A stretch of 64,000 nt of DNA. Source: a virus. The position numbers were made by a program, and so were the translations under genes. The notes beneath the pieces were generated by a model that saw only the letters and a program-made list of their open reading frames with translations, was not told where the DNA came from and searched no databases. The stretch lies in IMG/VR virus record IMGVR_UViG_3300025874_000005, positions 32,001 to 96,000 of that record; one strand, 5' to 3'. Position 1 is the stretch's first letter. The number at the start of each line of letters is the position of its first letter. Of the stretch, positions 20,202 to 29,225 are shown piece after piece.

Positions 20202-20834
20202 ATGGCAACACGAGCACTTATAGGTTATTTAGACGAAGACAGAAACTTCACATGCACATATAACCACTATGATGGTTACCCAGAAGGTTTAGGTAAAGCA
20301 TTACTAGACCATTACGATACTGATGAACAAGCTAAAAAAATAGCAAATACAGGATATATCTCATCTGTAGATGAAGATGGTACTATTGATTCAAAATATG
20401 ATGAACCTGCTGACAAAATGGTTCTTGATGAGGATGTAATAGAAGCAGGATTACAAATCGGTGAGAAAGTAGATGAGTATGGTGGTGATTATGGTTATGT
20501 ATGGTTTGGTAATGAATGGATGACACTTAAAAATAATGGTATTCGTTCAATTGCAGATCAATTTGAATTTAAAATGCCAGCTGACGGTGCAGGAATATTT
20601 AGAGTAGAAGAAAATTTAAACGAAAAAGAAAAAGAAGATATGGCAGAAAGTTACAAAGCAAAATGGAATGAATTTATTACTGAAAATAAAGTAATTGATG
20701 ATCAATGGACAGTATATGTAAAATCATTAGTTAATTCTATTAGATTAAATGGTGTTGATGATTATGTTAATTTTAGTGAAGATGATTTCAAAGAAGATTT
20801 TGATAATTATATAGCAGATAAAATGGATCTCTAG
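20202..20834 (+). CDS. Conserved phage protein (MxTR...YxHxDGYP type)
   Basis: MATRALIG, YNHYDGYPEGLG; acidic C-terminal region. Confidence 0.75.
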   Translation: MATRALIGYLDEDRNFTCTYNHYDGYPEGLGKALLDHYDTDEQAKKIANTGYISSVDEDGTIDSKYDEPADKMVLDEDVIEAGLQIGEKVDEYGGDYGYVWFGNEWMTLKNNGIRSIADQFEFKMPADGAGIFRVEENLNEKEKEDMAESYKAKWNEFITENKVIDDQWTVYVKSLVNSIRLNGVDDYVNFSEDDFKEDFDNYIADKMDL

Positions 20835-20861
20835 TATTATTTCCCCTCTGATCCTAAGATT

Positions 20862-20887
20862 GAGGCACCTAACGGTGCCTCTTTTTT
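20862..20887 (+). terminator. Intrinsic terminator
   Basis: GAGGCACC-TAAC-GGTGCCTC perfect 8-bp stem followed by TTTTTT. Confidence 0.92.
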
Positions 20888-20897
20888 ATGTTAAAAA

Positions 20898-20929
20898 TTT
20901 GGATAAGCCAAAAACTATTCGTATATTCA
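20898..20929 (+). promoter_or_regulatory. Core promoter copy
   Basis: TTTGG-N19-TATATTCA, ending 4 nt before the ATG (nearly leaderless). Confidence 0.75.
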
Positions 20930-20933
20930 CCCC

Positions 20934-21332
20934 ATGAATAAAGAGAGCATTCAGTCTATAATAAATAAATCTTACCCAAAGATAGAAAAATATTATGGAC
21001 ATTCAAAATATCACAATTGTACTCCCTATATTGAAATTCACCACAACATTTATATAAGAATAACAGGTGATGAGTATGACCAAGATATACTATCAGAAAC
21101 AGAATGTAATCCTGATGCTGAATATGATAAAGTTGATAATACTATTATAATTTATTGGCCTAAAATGATTAATAAAGAGACTATTATAAAATCCCTAATA
21201 CACGAATACCAACATTATTTACAGTCTCCATCATGGATGAAAAGATATTACAATATGGGTTATGATTATAATAACCATCCTTATGAAATAGCAGCAACTC
21301 AAGAAGAAAGTAATTGGAAGATATTCGCGTAA
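20934..21332 (+). CDS. Zincin-like metallopeptidase domain protein
   Basis: LIHEYQH (HExxH) and PYEIAA. Confidence 0.75.
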   Translation: MNKESIQSIINKSYPKIEKYYGHSKYHNCTPYIEIHHNIYIRITGDEYDQDILSETECNPDAEYDKVDNTIIIYWPKMINKETIIKSLIHEYQHYLQSPSWMKRYYNMGYDYNNHPYEIAATQEESNWKIFA

Positions 21333-21418
21333 AATTTGGAGAAGCAAGGAAGCCTTCGTATATTTACGGGGTAAATGAGGCATGAAGCCAATAGAACACA
21401 AATAAAAATAAAGGTTAT
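21331..21418 (+). promoter_or_regulatory. Extended early promoter plus leader (repeat copy)
   Basis: First 37 bp identical to 21601-21637; leader hairpin GGC-ATGAA-GCC; AATAAAGGTT before the start. Confidence 0.88.
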
Positions 21419-21601
21419 ATGAAAAAAGTAAATTTAAATCCGTCAAATTCAAAAGTTATTAATGGTACTGTATTTGTTACTGCATTAAAAGCATTAGCAA
21501 TGTCTAAGGTGCTATCAGACCAATTAGAACATGGTAATAACATCACTCACCCTACATTAGGAATTATGTATCAATATAATGGTCCTTATTCTCGCGCATA
21601 A
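21419..21601 (+). CDS. Hypothetical early protein
   Basis: Single ORF between two promoter repeats. Confidence 0.65.
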   Translation: MKKVNLNPSNSKVINGTVFVTALKALAMSKVLSDQLEHGNNITHPTLGIMYQYNGPYSRA

Positions 21602-21682
21602 AAATTTGGAGAAGCAAGGAAGCCTTCGTATATTTACAGGGTAAAACGGGTGCAAACCCAATTATTAATAAAAATAAAAGTT
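21601..21682 (+). promoter_or_regulatory. Extended early promoter plus leader (repeat copy)
   Basis: TTTGGAGAAGCAAGGAAGCCTTCGTATATTTAC; hairpin GGGT-GCAA-ACCC. Confidence 0.88.
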
Positions 21683-21868
21683 ATGTTGAAGAAAATTGAT
21701 TTTAAGTATTTAGTAGGAGCAGTAAGTGCATTTATGCTTAGTATAGGAACAATGCATGGTGCCGTTCAGAATTATATCCCTTTTGAGGGTATTGATAATG
21801 AAATGGCATTTTGTGTTATGTCCTTTATGCTTGGTGGGATATGTTTAATGTGTATTAAAAAATCATAA
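21683..21868 (+). CDS. Small membrane protein
   Basis: Start reassigned to the ATG after AATAAAAGTT; two hydrophobic segments. Confidence 0.7.
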   Translation: MLKKIDFKYLVGAVSAFMLSIGTMHGAVQNYIPFEGIDNEMAFCVMSFMLGGICLMCIKKS

Positions 21869-21871
21869 GGT

Positions 21872-22102
21872 ATGAAAATTAAAACAATACATGATGGTTG
21901 GGATTGCGTCCCAGAATTAAAAGATGTTACCTATGAATTAAGCACGGTGAATGATTACATTTATGAAATCAAAAATTGTGTAAGAAATTCAGATTTAGAG
22001 AGTATGGTAAATGATATGAGGGAGATTATGGATAATGTTAAATACCATTTAGATAAAATAGACACTACTAAAGAGTTTATTACAGTAGATATAGAAGATT
22101 AA
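21872..22102 (+). CDS. Hypothetical protein
   Basis: 76-aa ORF. Confidence 0.7.
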   Translation: MKIKTIHDGWDCVPELKDVTYELSTVNDYIYEIKNCVRNSDLESMVNDMREIMDNVKYHLDKIDTTKEFITVDIED

Positions 22103-22121
22103 TTAATTAAAAATAAAAGTT

Positions 22122-22499
22122 ATGGCAAAAATTGAAAAAAGTTTTTTAACCCCCAAGTGGTTAGTAGTTAAAGAAATGTATGAAACTGGAACTAATGGTT
22201 CTGATAAGTTTGGTGATAATTTCCCAGTTGATGGTGAGTTAAATGAATTAGCAAGTGAGTTTGTTGATATTTTAGGTGAATTTACTAGGCAATTTGGTTA
22301 TGAAAGTACCATTGAAGGAGTTCATATGAATTTATGGAAAGAAAGAATTTGGTCATTAATTGAAAACGCAGGTTTACTTCCAGAAATTGCTTGGAGAGAT
22401 GATTTAGAAACAGATCGTTTAAACCAAATGGAGGTAGAAGAAGATGATATCTACGAGGTGGATTTAGATGAATTAGAAAAAGAAATTTATAACTCATAA
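22122..22499 (+). CDS. Acidic hypothetical protein
   Basis: AATAAAAGTTATG start context. Confidence 0.75.
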   Translation: MAKIEKSFLTPKWLVVKEMYETGTNGSDKFGDNFPVDGELNELASEFVDILGEFTRQFGYESTIEGVHMNLWKERIWSLIENAGLLPEIAWRDDLETDRLNQMEVEEDDIYEVDLDELEKEIYNS

Positions 22500-22500
22500 T

Positions 22501-22719
22501 ATGGCAAATACAAAACAATACACAGGTGAATATATTTCACTATTCGACCATTTAGGTAGAGCTGCTGGTGGCGAATTAGGTACAAAAGTAGCTTATGCCG
22601 CTGCTAAAGCAGGCATTAAACATGGTACTAGACAACTGGAAGAAAGTTATTATACTGGTGAGGTTTATACTTACCCAAGTGACTTTTTAACAGATTACTT
22701 TAATGTAACACTAAAATAA
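22501..22719 (+). CDS. Hypothetical protein
   Basis: SLFDHLGRAAGGELG motif. Confidence 0.72.
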   Translation: MANTKQYTGEYISLFDHLGRAAGGELGTKVAYAAAKAGIKHGTRQLEESYYTGEVYTYPSDFLTDYFNVTLK

Positions 22720-22724
22720 ACAAA

Positions 22725-22859
22725 ATGGATAAACTAGAAAAGGAAAATCTATATCGAAAATTAAATTTAATACTTCAATTAGTAGAAGATCGTAACAATA
22801 GCGAAGCAATGCAACATTTAGAAGAATTAATTCATAGAATTCAATTTAATAAAATTTAA
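22725..22859 (+). CDS. Small hypothetical protein (44 aa)
   Basis: Gap-filling ORF MDKLEKE...FNKI. Confidence 0.55.
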   Translation: MDKLEKENLYRKLNLILQLVEDRNNSEAMQHLEELIHRIQFNKI

Positions 22860-22863
22860 AGTT

Positions 22864-23214
22864 ATGTTGTATAAGGATATGCTAATTGGAATATTCATGT
22901 TTAGTATAGCTCATGTGCTAACATTCTTCCAATTAAACGGACAATTTTTTAAAACAGATTGGTTTAGAAAGAATGAACTGTTAGTAGCAGCAGCGGGTAT
23001 AATTCTATCATTTTTCTATATTTGGGGAACTAAATATACTGTTAGTGGATTTGAAGGTTTATTATGGCCTGCTAGGTTTGTAGGATTTGGGGTTGGGATG
23101 ATAATTTATGCTGTTGGTGTTAATTATTTTTTCGGTGAAACTTTAAATCCTAAAACAATTGTTAGTTTATGTCTATCATTAATTTTAATTTGTATCCAAG
23201 TATTATGGAAGTAA
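22864..23214 (+). CDS. Four-TM membrane protein (SMR/DMT-like)
   Basis: 116 aa with four hydrophobic helices; FFGETL motif. Confidence 0.65.
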   Translation: MLYKDMLIGIFMFSIAHVLTFFQLNGQFFKTDWFRKNELLVAAAGIILSFFYIWGTKYTVSGFEGLLWPARFVGFGVGMIIYAVGVNYFFGETLNPKTIVSLCLSLILICIQVLWK

Positions 23215-23387
23215 ATAAAAGAAAATATTTACTAGAAAATGGATGGTGGGCTCACTACCATGATGATTGTTGGTTTGATGGTAAACTAGATGAATTAGAT
23301 GTTGATGAAAAAGGATTTATGGTTGGGTTTAGGCCCGAAAGTGAAGGAATAACATTAGAAGAAGCATATGAAAAAGCGAGAATATAG
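23205..23387 (+). CDS. Hypothetical protein
   Basis: Start moved to MEVNKRK. Confidence 0.6.
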   Translation: MEVNKRKYLLENGWWAHYHDDCWFDGKLDELDVDEKGFMVGFRPESEGITLEEAYEKARI

Positions 23388-23542
23388 AGGTTGTGAATGG
23401 AATAGTCCAATCTATAGACAAATTGTAGCAGAAAAAAATAAAAAAGAAGGCAAAGCAACAATAAATGAATATAAAACAAAACGTGGAAAAAGAAGCTAAA
23501 AAGCTTTTTATACAAATAATATCCAGTTAATACGTATATACG

Positions 23543-23770
23543 ATGATAACCGATTACTTAAAATATGTAAATGACAATGCTTACATTGTAAAGCGTGAGG
23601 TACCAACCCACGTATTTGAAGTTAAAGGTCAAAATAAATTAAACATGCAACTCTTACAAGACTATAGAGATTACCTTGGGTGCGATCACGTTCTTAGATC
23701 TCAAACCCATTTCCTAATGTGTGAAACCATTGAAGAAGCAGAAATTCTAGAAGAAAATGTCAAAAGTTAA
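23543..23770 (+). CDS. Hypothetical protein
   Basis: 75-aa ORF. Confidence 0.7.
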   Translation: MITDYLKYVNDNAYIVKREVPTHVFEVKGQNKLNMQLLQDYRDYLGCDHVLRSQTHFLMCETIEEAEILEENVKS

Positions 23771-23963
23771 TTATGGCGATTGGATTGAAGAAGATCCATT
23801 CCACCCCTGTTTGAAGTGTGGGGGAAATGATTTTAGTATAAACATGATAACCGACTTATACACATGCGATAATTGTGGTGAGGTTTTGGTTGCGCCAAAA
23901 GAAGCGCATAAAAAGAAGAGGCCTACGAAAGCTCGTCCTCGCCTTGAGGAAGACTGGGAATAA
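23757..23963 (+). CDS. Zinc-ribbon protein
   Basis: CLKC and CDNC pairs. Confidence 0.7.
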   Translation: MSKVNYGDWIEEDPFHPCLKCGGNDFSINMITDLYTCDNCGEVLVAPKEAHKKKRPTKARPRLEEDWE

Positions 23964-23993
23964 GAGTTGTAGGCTCAATATTTATAATCAAAA

Positions 23994-25130
23994 ATGAGAA
24001 AATGGAATGATTGGAAGTCACATGGTGTAGCAAGTGTTTTTCAAGTAGCAGAAGGCTTTAGACCTATGTCGGTTCATAATGGAAATCAATTTTCAGGCTT
24101 GCGTTTGTATACACAAACACCTCGTGTTGATATTAATGATGTTGCTAATCCAAATAATTGGACTTGGGTTAGTCATCAAGGTGGGTTAGGTGCTGGAGCA
24201 AATACAAGCCCAGATGGAGATCCACAAATGGTGTTTTGTTGTCATGATATTTTATCAAGAGAAAATCCTGAAAATATAATAAATTTTTGGGAAGGTGATC
24301 ATTTAGATGTAGATTGGTTACTCTCGCTTCCATATTTTACTACATTAGGTAACACACCAGATTCAACTACAGATTGGAATACTATTGTACTACAGCTTTA
24401 TAGAGTAGGTGGTTGGTTTTGGACTGAAGGTGGTTGGCCTCCAATAAAAGGACCAGGTACTGAAAGTATTGATTTACGACCTGTACATAATTATGAGTTT
24501 CACATGGATGAGTGTTGGGATGGGACCACATTAACGTCTTATGTAGATAGTCATAATCAATCAGCAAATACAATTAGTGGTACTGCACCCTCTGAAACTG
24601 CTGCTTACACTTCATGGCCTTGGGATGCTACATTTAATTTTAATAATGCTGCTGGAATTACAAATACTTCAGATCCAGCAATTACCGGGCAACTTACTTA
24701 TGAGTATATAGGAAACACTAATAATGTTACTGATGATCAATATTTGTGTGATGGTAGGAATGATGGTGGAACTTGGAATTATATGGGCTATCAAGGGTTT
24801 AGGTGGAATTGGTCGGCAAGACTTCAATATAATGGAAGTGATAGTAGTATTAGACATCATGGTGTTATGACTGGGAATTCTTCAACCAATACTAGTAAAT
24901 TATATTATGGTAGTGGGAATGGGTACACTGCTGGTCCAGTTGCCAGTGGAACTTGTTCTACAGCAATGACTACACTTGGGGATAATTTTACTATTGGGAT
25001 GAGGTTTACCAATACTCAGAAATGGAGAGGACAAATGTCAATGTTTAGAGTTTGGGGGTTTGAATTTGATGATGATATGGCTGAAATAGCATGGTTACAT
25101 AACCAAGCACGGATGCCGCTTTATATTTAA
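23994..25130 (+). CDS. Putative virion/lectin-like protein (LamG-like C-terminus)
   Basis: W/G/T/N-rich; FTIG..WRGQMSMFRVW end; late-type ATATTTATAA at 23978. Confidence 0.55.
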   Translation: MRKWNDWKSHGVASVFQVAEGFRPMSVHNGNQFSGLRLYTQTPRVDINDVANPNNWTWVSHQGGLGAGANTSPDGDPQMVFCCHDILSRENPENIINFWEGDHLDVDWLLSLPYFTTLGNTPDSTTDWNTIVLQLYRVGGWFWTEGGWPPIKGPGTESIDLRPVHNYEFHMDECWDGTTLTSYVDSHNQSANTISGTAPSETAAYTSWPWDATFNFNNAAGITNTSDPAITGQLTYEYIGNTNNVTDDQYLCDGRNDGGTWNYMGYQGFRWNWSARLQYNGSDSSIRHHGVMTGNSSTNTSKLYYGSGNGYTAGPVASGTCSTAMTTLGDNFTIGMRFTNTQKWRGQMSMFRVWGFEFDDDMAEIAWLHNQARMPLYI

Positions 25131-25210
25131 GACTTCTGCAAAAATATGTGGAGAAGCAAGAAATTATTCGTATATTTATGGTATAAATGAGGCGCACGCC
25201 CAATACAGTT
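25129..25210 (+). promoter_or_regulatory. Extended early promoter plus leader
   Basis: AAGACTTCTG box, TGTGGAGAAGC..TTCGTATATTTA, hairpin GGC-GCAC-GCC. Confidence 0.82.
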
Positions 25211-25702
25211 ATGAAACAAAAAATATTATATTTACATGGTTTAGAAAGTCCACAGGGTGGTGATAAGGTTGATTTCTTAGCAACTAAAGCATTTGTTCAT
25301 GCACCTGAGTTAGATTATACAAGGAGTGATATATTTCCATTCCTTATTAGCACAGTTGAGGAGTTTAAACCTGATGTAATTATAGGTTCATCAATGGGTG
25401 GTTATTCTGCATTCGTTTTAGGAGCGCTTTATAAAATTCCAGTTGTTGCTTTTAATCCTGCTTTGCATTCTAGAAGAATTGAGCCTAATTTCCCTAAATT
25501 TGTAAAAGAGCATGTTCCTGATAACTTTCATTTGGTGTTGGGTGAAAAAGACACCGTTATTGATGGTAGTAAAACGTTAGATTACCTTAAAGACCATGTT
25601 GCCGGTAAGTATATGCAATCTCAAATTCATCGCGTTAAAACAATGGGACATAGAGTGCCACTTGATGTGTTTTGCGATATGTATAATAAAACAATTAAAT
25701 AA
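25211..25702 (+). CDS. YqiA/YcfP-like alpha/beta hydrolase (esterase)
   Basis: ILYLHG, GSSMGG, FNPA, catalytic D and H. Start at MKQKIL. Confidence 0.85.
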   Translation: MKQKILYLHGLESPQGGDKVDFLATKAFVHAPELDYTRSDIFPFLISTVEEFKPDVIIGSSMGGYSAFVLGALYKIPVVAFNPALHSRRIEPNFPKFVKEHVPDNFHLVLGEKDTVIDGSKTLDYLKDHVAGKYMQSQIHRVKTMGHRVPLDVFCDMYNKTIK

Positions 25703-25703
25703 G

Positions 25704-26063
25704 ATGAAGGAATTAAATAATTTTAGAGAATATCTTAACGAAGCTAAATTTAAAGTTGGTGATAAAGTAACCATGAATAATGGTGGTCCAGAAATGGAGA
25801 TTACTAAAACACGTAGGATGTTTGGGTCTGATCTTAATGCTTACTCAGTTAAAAAAGCTGATGGAGAAGAAATGGAGTATGATGAAAAGCAATTGAGATT
25901 AGCTGAAATAAGCTTTGGTGCTGCGGGTACAGATAAAAGATCTGGCCAAGTAATAGGTGAAATAATTCAAATGATTAGAGATACAGGAATAGACCCATCA
26001 GATGTATTAGAAGAAGTAGGCCAAGAGTTTGGTATTGCTTTTGAATTTGGAAGAGGTCAATAA
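25704..26063 (+). CDS. Hypothetical, possible internal head protein (YodC-like FKVGDKV..GGPEM)
   Basis: Start moved to MKELNNFREYLNE. Confidence 0.7.
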   Translation: MKELNNFREYLNEAKFKVGDKVTMNNGGPEMEITKTRRMFGSDLNAYSVKKADGEEMEYDEKQLRLAEISFGAAGTDKRSGQVIGEIIQMIRDTGIDPSDVLEEVGQEFGIAFEFGRGQ

Positions 26064-26086
26064 AAATAAAAATAAAATAAAATAAA

Positions 26087-26401
26087 ATGGATAAATTTAA
26101 CTTGAAAAAATTTCTTGGTGAAAAATCACTATTAAATGAAAACTCACCTGGGTATGATACTAGAAAGACAGGTGAAGCACTACCAACACTAGAAAGTGTT
26201 AAAGCAGCTTATGAAGCTAAACAAGATAAAGAAGAAATTAAAGAAGGTGTTTGGAATATGCCTTCAGCAGATGAAGTAATGGAATTTGTTGCTTATATGG
26301 AAGATGCTAAAGAAAAATTTTATCATATAGGTAGTGATGATGTACATGATGGTTTAGAACAAGCAATTATTAGTGCTAAAGATTTAGTAACTGGAGAATA
26401 A
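26087..26401 (+). CDS. Hypothetical, possible internal head protein
   Basis: N-terminus MDKFNLKKFLGEKSLLNE. Confidence 0.7.
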   Translation: MDKFNLKKFLGEKSLLNENSPGYDTRKTGEALPTLESVKAAYEAKQDKEEIKEGVWNMPSADEVMEFVAYMEDAKEKFYHIGSDDVHDGLEQAIISAKDLVTGE

Positions 26402-26402
26402 T

Positions 26403-26954
26403 ATGAGTTTTAATCTACAAAAATACTTTAAAAATCAATACCTGCTAGAAGGGGATTGGGATAAATTAAGTTCTACAGAAGCTTCTGATGAAGCTGATGA
26501 TATTATAGAGTTAATTAAATCTGCTTATGCCTACATTGGAGGTCATAGTAATTTTAAAAGTGTTGGTGACGTAGATAAAGAAACAGGCAGAGGTGCTGAG
26601 TATGAAGTGATTGATTTAGATGATGATGGAGATATTGATGCAGTTAACGTATCTAAACGTAAAGCTGCTGGTGAAAAGTTCGTTGCTACAGGCCATGATG
26701 GTTCTCGTGAAGCTAAAAGAGCTGTTATTACACATAAAATAGATAGGTTAAAAAAACCAGGTTTTTATGTTGAAGTATCAGGAAAAATAAAAGATATCTT
26801 ACTTAAAGCAGGTGTACCTCAGGTAACTGACCAAGCTACTATTGAGAAAGCATTGGCTGGTAAAGATATTATTATGAACGATGATGGTTCATATACAAGG
26901 AGCATTGCTGGTACAAAGCATGAAAAAATAATGCTAGGAACTCCGCTAGTATAA
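26403..26954 (+). CDS. Hypothetical, possible internal head protein
   Basis: N-terminus MSFNLQKYFKNQYLLE. Confidence 0.72.
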   Translation: MSFNLQKYFKNQYLLEGDWDKLSSTEASDEADDIIELIKSAYAYIGGHSNFKSVGDVDKETGRGAEYEVIDLDDDGDIDAVNVSKRKAAGEKFVATGHDGSREAKRAVITHKIDRLKKPGFYVEVSGKIKDILLKAGVPQVTDQATIEKALAGKDIIMNDDGSYTRSIAGTKHEKIMLGTPLV

Positions 26955-26959
26955 AATGT

Positions 26960-27295
26960 ATGAAAGAATCTTTAGTAGTATTAGTACTCTTATCTATAAT
27001 AAGTTGTGCTTCTTACCAACCTTCAACAGAGTATAATTTTGTTAAAGTATTAGGTGTCACTCCTCAGGGTGATACAATTCTTATTGATGTCAATTCATTA
27101 AGACCAAAAGTTTATAACAACTATTATTATGATAATGGGATTAATAGATATCCTTACAACTACAATTATTATAATACACCTCCAGTAATTATAAGACCTG
27201 TAAATCCAAAGCCAAGACCTACAAAACCTGTAGTAACCCCACCTTCGTTTACAGCTCCTAAACCAATTACTAAACCCACAAAAGACAAACAGTAA
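26960..27295 (+). CDS. Putative lipoprotein with Tyr/Asn- and Pro-rich tail
   Basis: Signal peptide with lipobox IISC. Confidence 0.7.
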   Translation: MKESLVVLVLLSIISCASYQPSTEYNFVKVLGVTPQGDTILIDVNSLRPKVYNNYYYDNGINRYPYNYNYYNTPPVIIRPVNPKPRPTKPVVTPPSFTAPKPITKPTKDKQ

Positions 27296-27303
27296 ATTTA
27301 TTA

Positions 27304-27391
27304 AAGACTCATGCGAGGGGATTTGGCTTAGCCAGATCCCCTTCGTATATTTACAAGGTAAATGGGGTGCGAGCCCAAAATAAAAATAAAA
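27304..27391 (+). promoter_or_regulatory. Extended early promoter overlapped by a terminator-like hairpin
   Basis: Core at 27322-27353; 12-bp stem at 27316-27342; leader hairpin GGGT-GCGA-GCCC. Confidence 0.82.
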
Positions 27392-27574
27392 ATGGAAAAG
27401 TTTGAAGAAAAGATATTCTGGAAAGATGGTTTCGATGGGGAAGCATTAAGTGGTATCATGTTTAGATCGTTTGATTTGAATAAGTTCATCAAAAAAGTAG
27501 AAGTTGATAATGGACATGAAGTTGTTGGTATCAAATTTGAAGATAATAATTTAGAATTAATAATTAAAAAATAA
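27392..27574 (+). CDS. Hypothetical early protein
   Basis: Start moved to MEKFEEK. Confidence 0.7.
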   Translation: MEKFEEKIFWKDGFDGEALSGIMFRSFDLNKFIKKVEVDNGHEVVGIKFEDNNLELIIKK

Positions 27575-27579
27575 AGGTT

Positions 27580-27906
27580 ATGAGTAAATTTGTTAGTACA
27601 TTTAATAAAGGGTTTAATATGACCTTTGAAAACGGGTTTGGTATATCAGTTCAATGGGGTGTAGGTAACTACTGTAGCAGGAAAAATGATGGTTCGTTTG
27701 ATGAATCTATGAAGGGTGAATTTTGGGAAGCCACATCTGCTGAGATTATGATTACAGGTAACAATAAGGATGTTGTTTTAGGTAATGGTGATCAAGTTGC
27801 AGGTTGGTTATCAACTGATAAAGTTGCTGAAGTGATTAGAATGTGTTCAACTGCTAGAAACACAGCTCATCTCAACCAAATGTTAAAGAATTCCACATTA
27901 AGTTAA
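27580..27906 (+). CDS. Hypothetical protein (FENGxxISVQWG type)
   Basis: AATAAAGGTTATG start context. Confidence 0.75.
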   Translation: MSKFVSTFNKGFNMTFENGFGISVQWGVGNYCSRKNDGSFDESMKGEFWEATSAEIMITGNNKDVVLGNGDQVAGWLSTDKVAEVIRMCSTARNTAHLNQMLKNSTLS

Positions 27907-27923
27907 AAATAATGCGCAAAATA

Positions 27924-28007
27924 TGTGGAGAAGCGAGGAAGCGTTCGTATATTTACGGGGTAAATGAGGTGAGAGCCCAGAAATGTTAAATTAATTAAAT
28001 AAAGGTT
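27924..28007 (+). promoter_or_regulatory. Extended early promoter plus leader
   Basis: TGTGGAGAAGCGAGGAAGCGTTCGTATATTTACGGGGTAAATGAGG; hairpin GGT-GAGA-GCC. Confidence 0.88.
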
Positions 28008-28808
28008 ATGGTAAATAAAGTTAAAAGAGGTCGTCCGAGTAAGAAAGTTGTTAACAACCCAACACAAAGTGTTGTTGTTAAAACAGTTAAAATGGATAAT
28101 ATGGAATTCAACAAGAAATTGTTTGAGCCAATGAAAACAGGTACAAAGGTTGATCCATTCTTCAGTATGGAAGGTGGAGTAATGCCTGGTACAAATGTTG
28201 TAGTTACTGGTGATCCAGGTGTTGGTAAAACAACAGTATTGTTAGATGTTCTTGCTGATCTTAATCAGAAAGGTAAAAAATGTTTGTTCATTTCAGGTGA
28301 AATGAATGCTATTGACATGGTTGGTTATGTTAAGCGATTCCCAAAATTTGGAGATTTAGATATCTTGTTTATGGGTGATTATAGTGAAGTTAATCCTGAT
28401 GTTGTTCTTCGAACTGCACTTAAAGAGGGTTATGATTGTGTATTAATTGATTCGCTTGCTGAGATTTCAGATAATTATGTTGATTATTTTGGTGGTACTG
28501 GTAAGTCAAATACCAACCGAATTTTGCAGTTGCTTGATGAGCATAACCAAGCAAATAATGATGATAAAATTAATAGCACGTTTTTGATCATTCAACAAGT
28601 TACTAAAGGTGGAACGTTTGTTGGGTCAAATAAGATTAAGCATATGACAACAGCAATGGGTCATTTAAAATTTGACGGTGATGGTCAGCGTTTTTTCCAT
28701 TTCAGTAAAAACCGTCGAGGTGGTAGTGGAAATAAATTGTTCTTCAACTTGAACAGTAAAAATAAAGTTAACTGGTTATTTGATGAGCCGATAAACATGA
28801 CAGCATAA
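28008..28808 (+). CDS. RecA-superfamily ATPase (RadA/Sms-like)
   Basis: GDPGVGKTT, ISGE, VLIDS, QVTKGGTFVG, KNR; N-terminal KRGRPSK. Confidence 0.85.
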   Translation: MVNKVKRGRPSKKVVNNPTQSVVVKTVKMDNMEFNKKLFEPMKTGTKVDPFFSMEGGVMPGTNVVVTGDPGVGKTTVLLDVLADLNQKGKKCLFISGEMNAIDMVGYVKRFPKFGDLDILFMGDYSEVNPDVVLRTALKEGYDCVLIDSLAEISDNYVDYFGGTGKSNTNRILQLLDEHNQANNDDKINSTFLIIQQVTKGGTFVGSNKIKHMTTAMGHLKFDGDGQRFFHFSKNRRGGSGNKLFFNLNSKNKVNWLFDEPINMTA

Positions 28809-28984
28809 TGTATATTTTAATTTACATAGTAATAGGATCAGCTCTCACTTCATTGTGGGACTGGTTGCTATTTGGGACTAAGAATCAATTTTCAAATATA
28901 GAAAGAGCTGTTTGTATATTAGTTTGGCCTGCAGCTTTAGGTTTATATTTGTATAATTTATATAATACATTTAAAAAAAAGTAA
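28808..28984 (+). CDS. Small membrane protein (58 aa)
   Basis: TAATG coupling at both ends; hydrophobic. Confidence 0.65.
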   Translation: MYILIYIVIGSALTSLWDWLLFGTKNQFSNIERAVCILVWPAALGLYLYNLYNTFKKK

Positions 28985-29223
28985 TGATGGGTAAAGAAGA
29001 AAAAAGATACGTTGTAAAGATGGATATGTATGTTTATGCTGAAAATGATTATATGGCTCGTAAACGAGCTCATCAAATGAAGAAAGAAATTGATAGTAAA
29101 TATGGTGGTGGAGTTGGTATATTAGAATTAGGTGAACAACCTTTTGCTTCTTTTAATTATAGAAAATTAGAAGACCATTCTGAACCTATTAGTAAACAAA
29201 AACAAGAAGAATTACCATTTTAA
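28984..29223 (+). CDS. Hypothetical protein
   Basis: 79 aa ending in ELPF. Confidence 0.7.
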   Translation: MMGKEEKRYVVKMDMYVYAENDYMARKRAHQMKKEIDSKYGGGVGILELGEQPFASFNYRKLEDHSEPISKQKQEELPF

Positions 29224-29225
29224 AT

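Noticed and set aside
26061-26086. (TAAAA)n tandem repeat as a phase-variation tract
   Set aside because: It is short and intergenic, and matches the normal A-rich start context of this genome.
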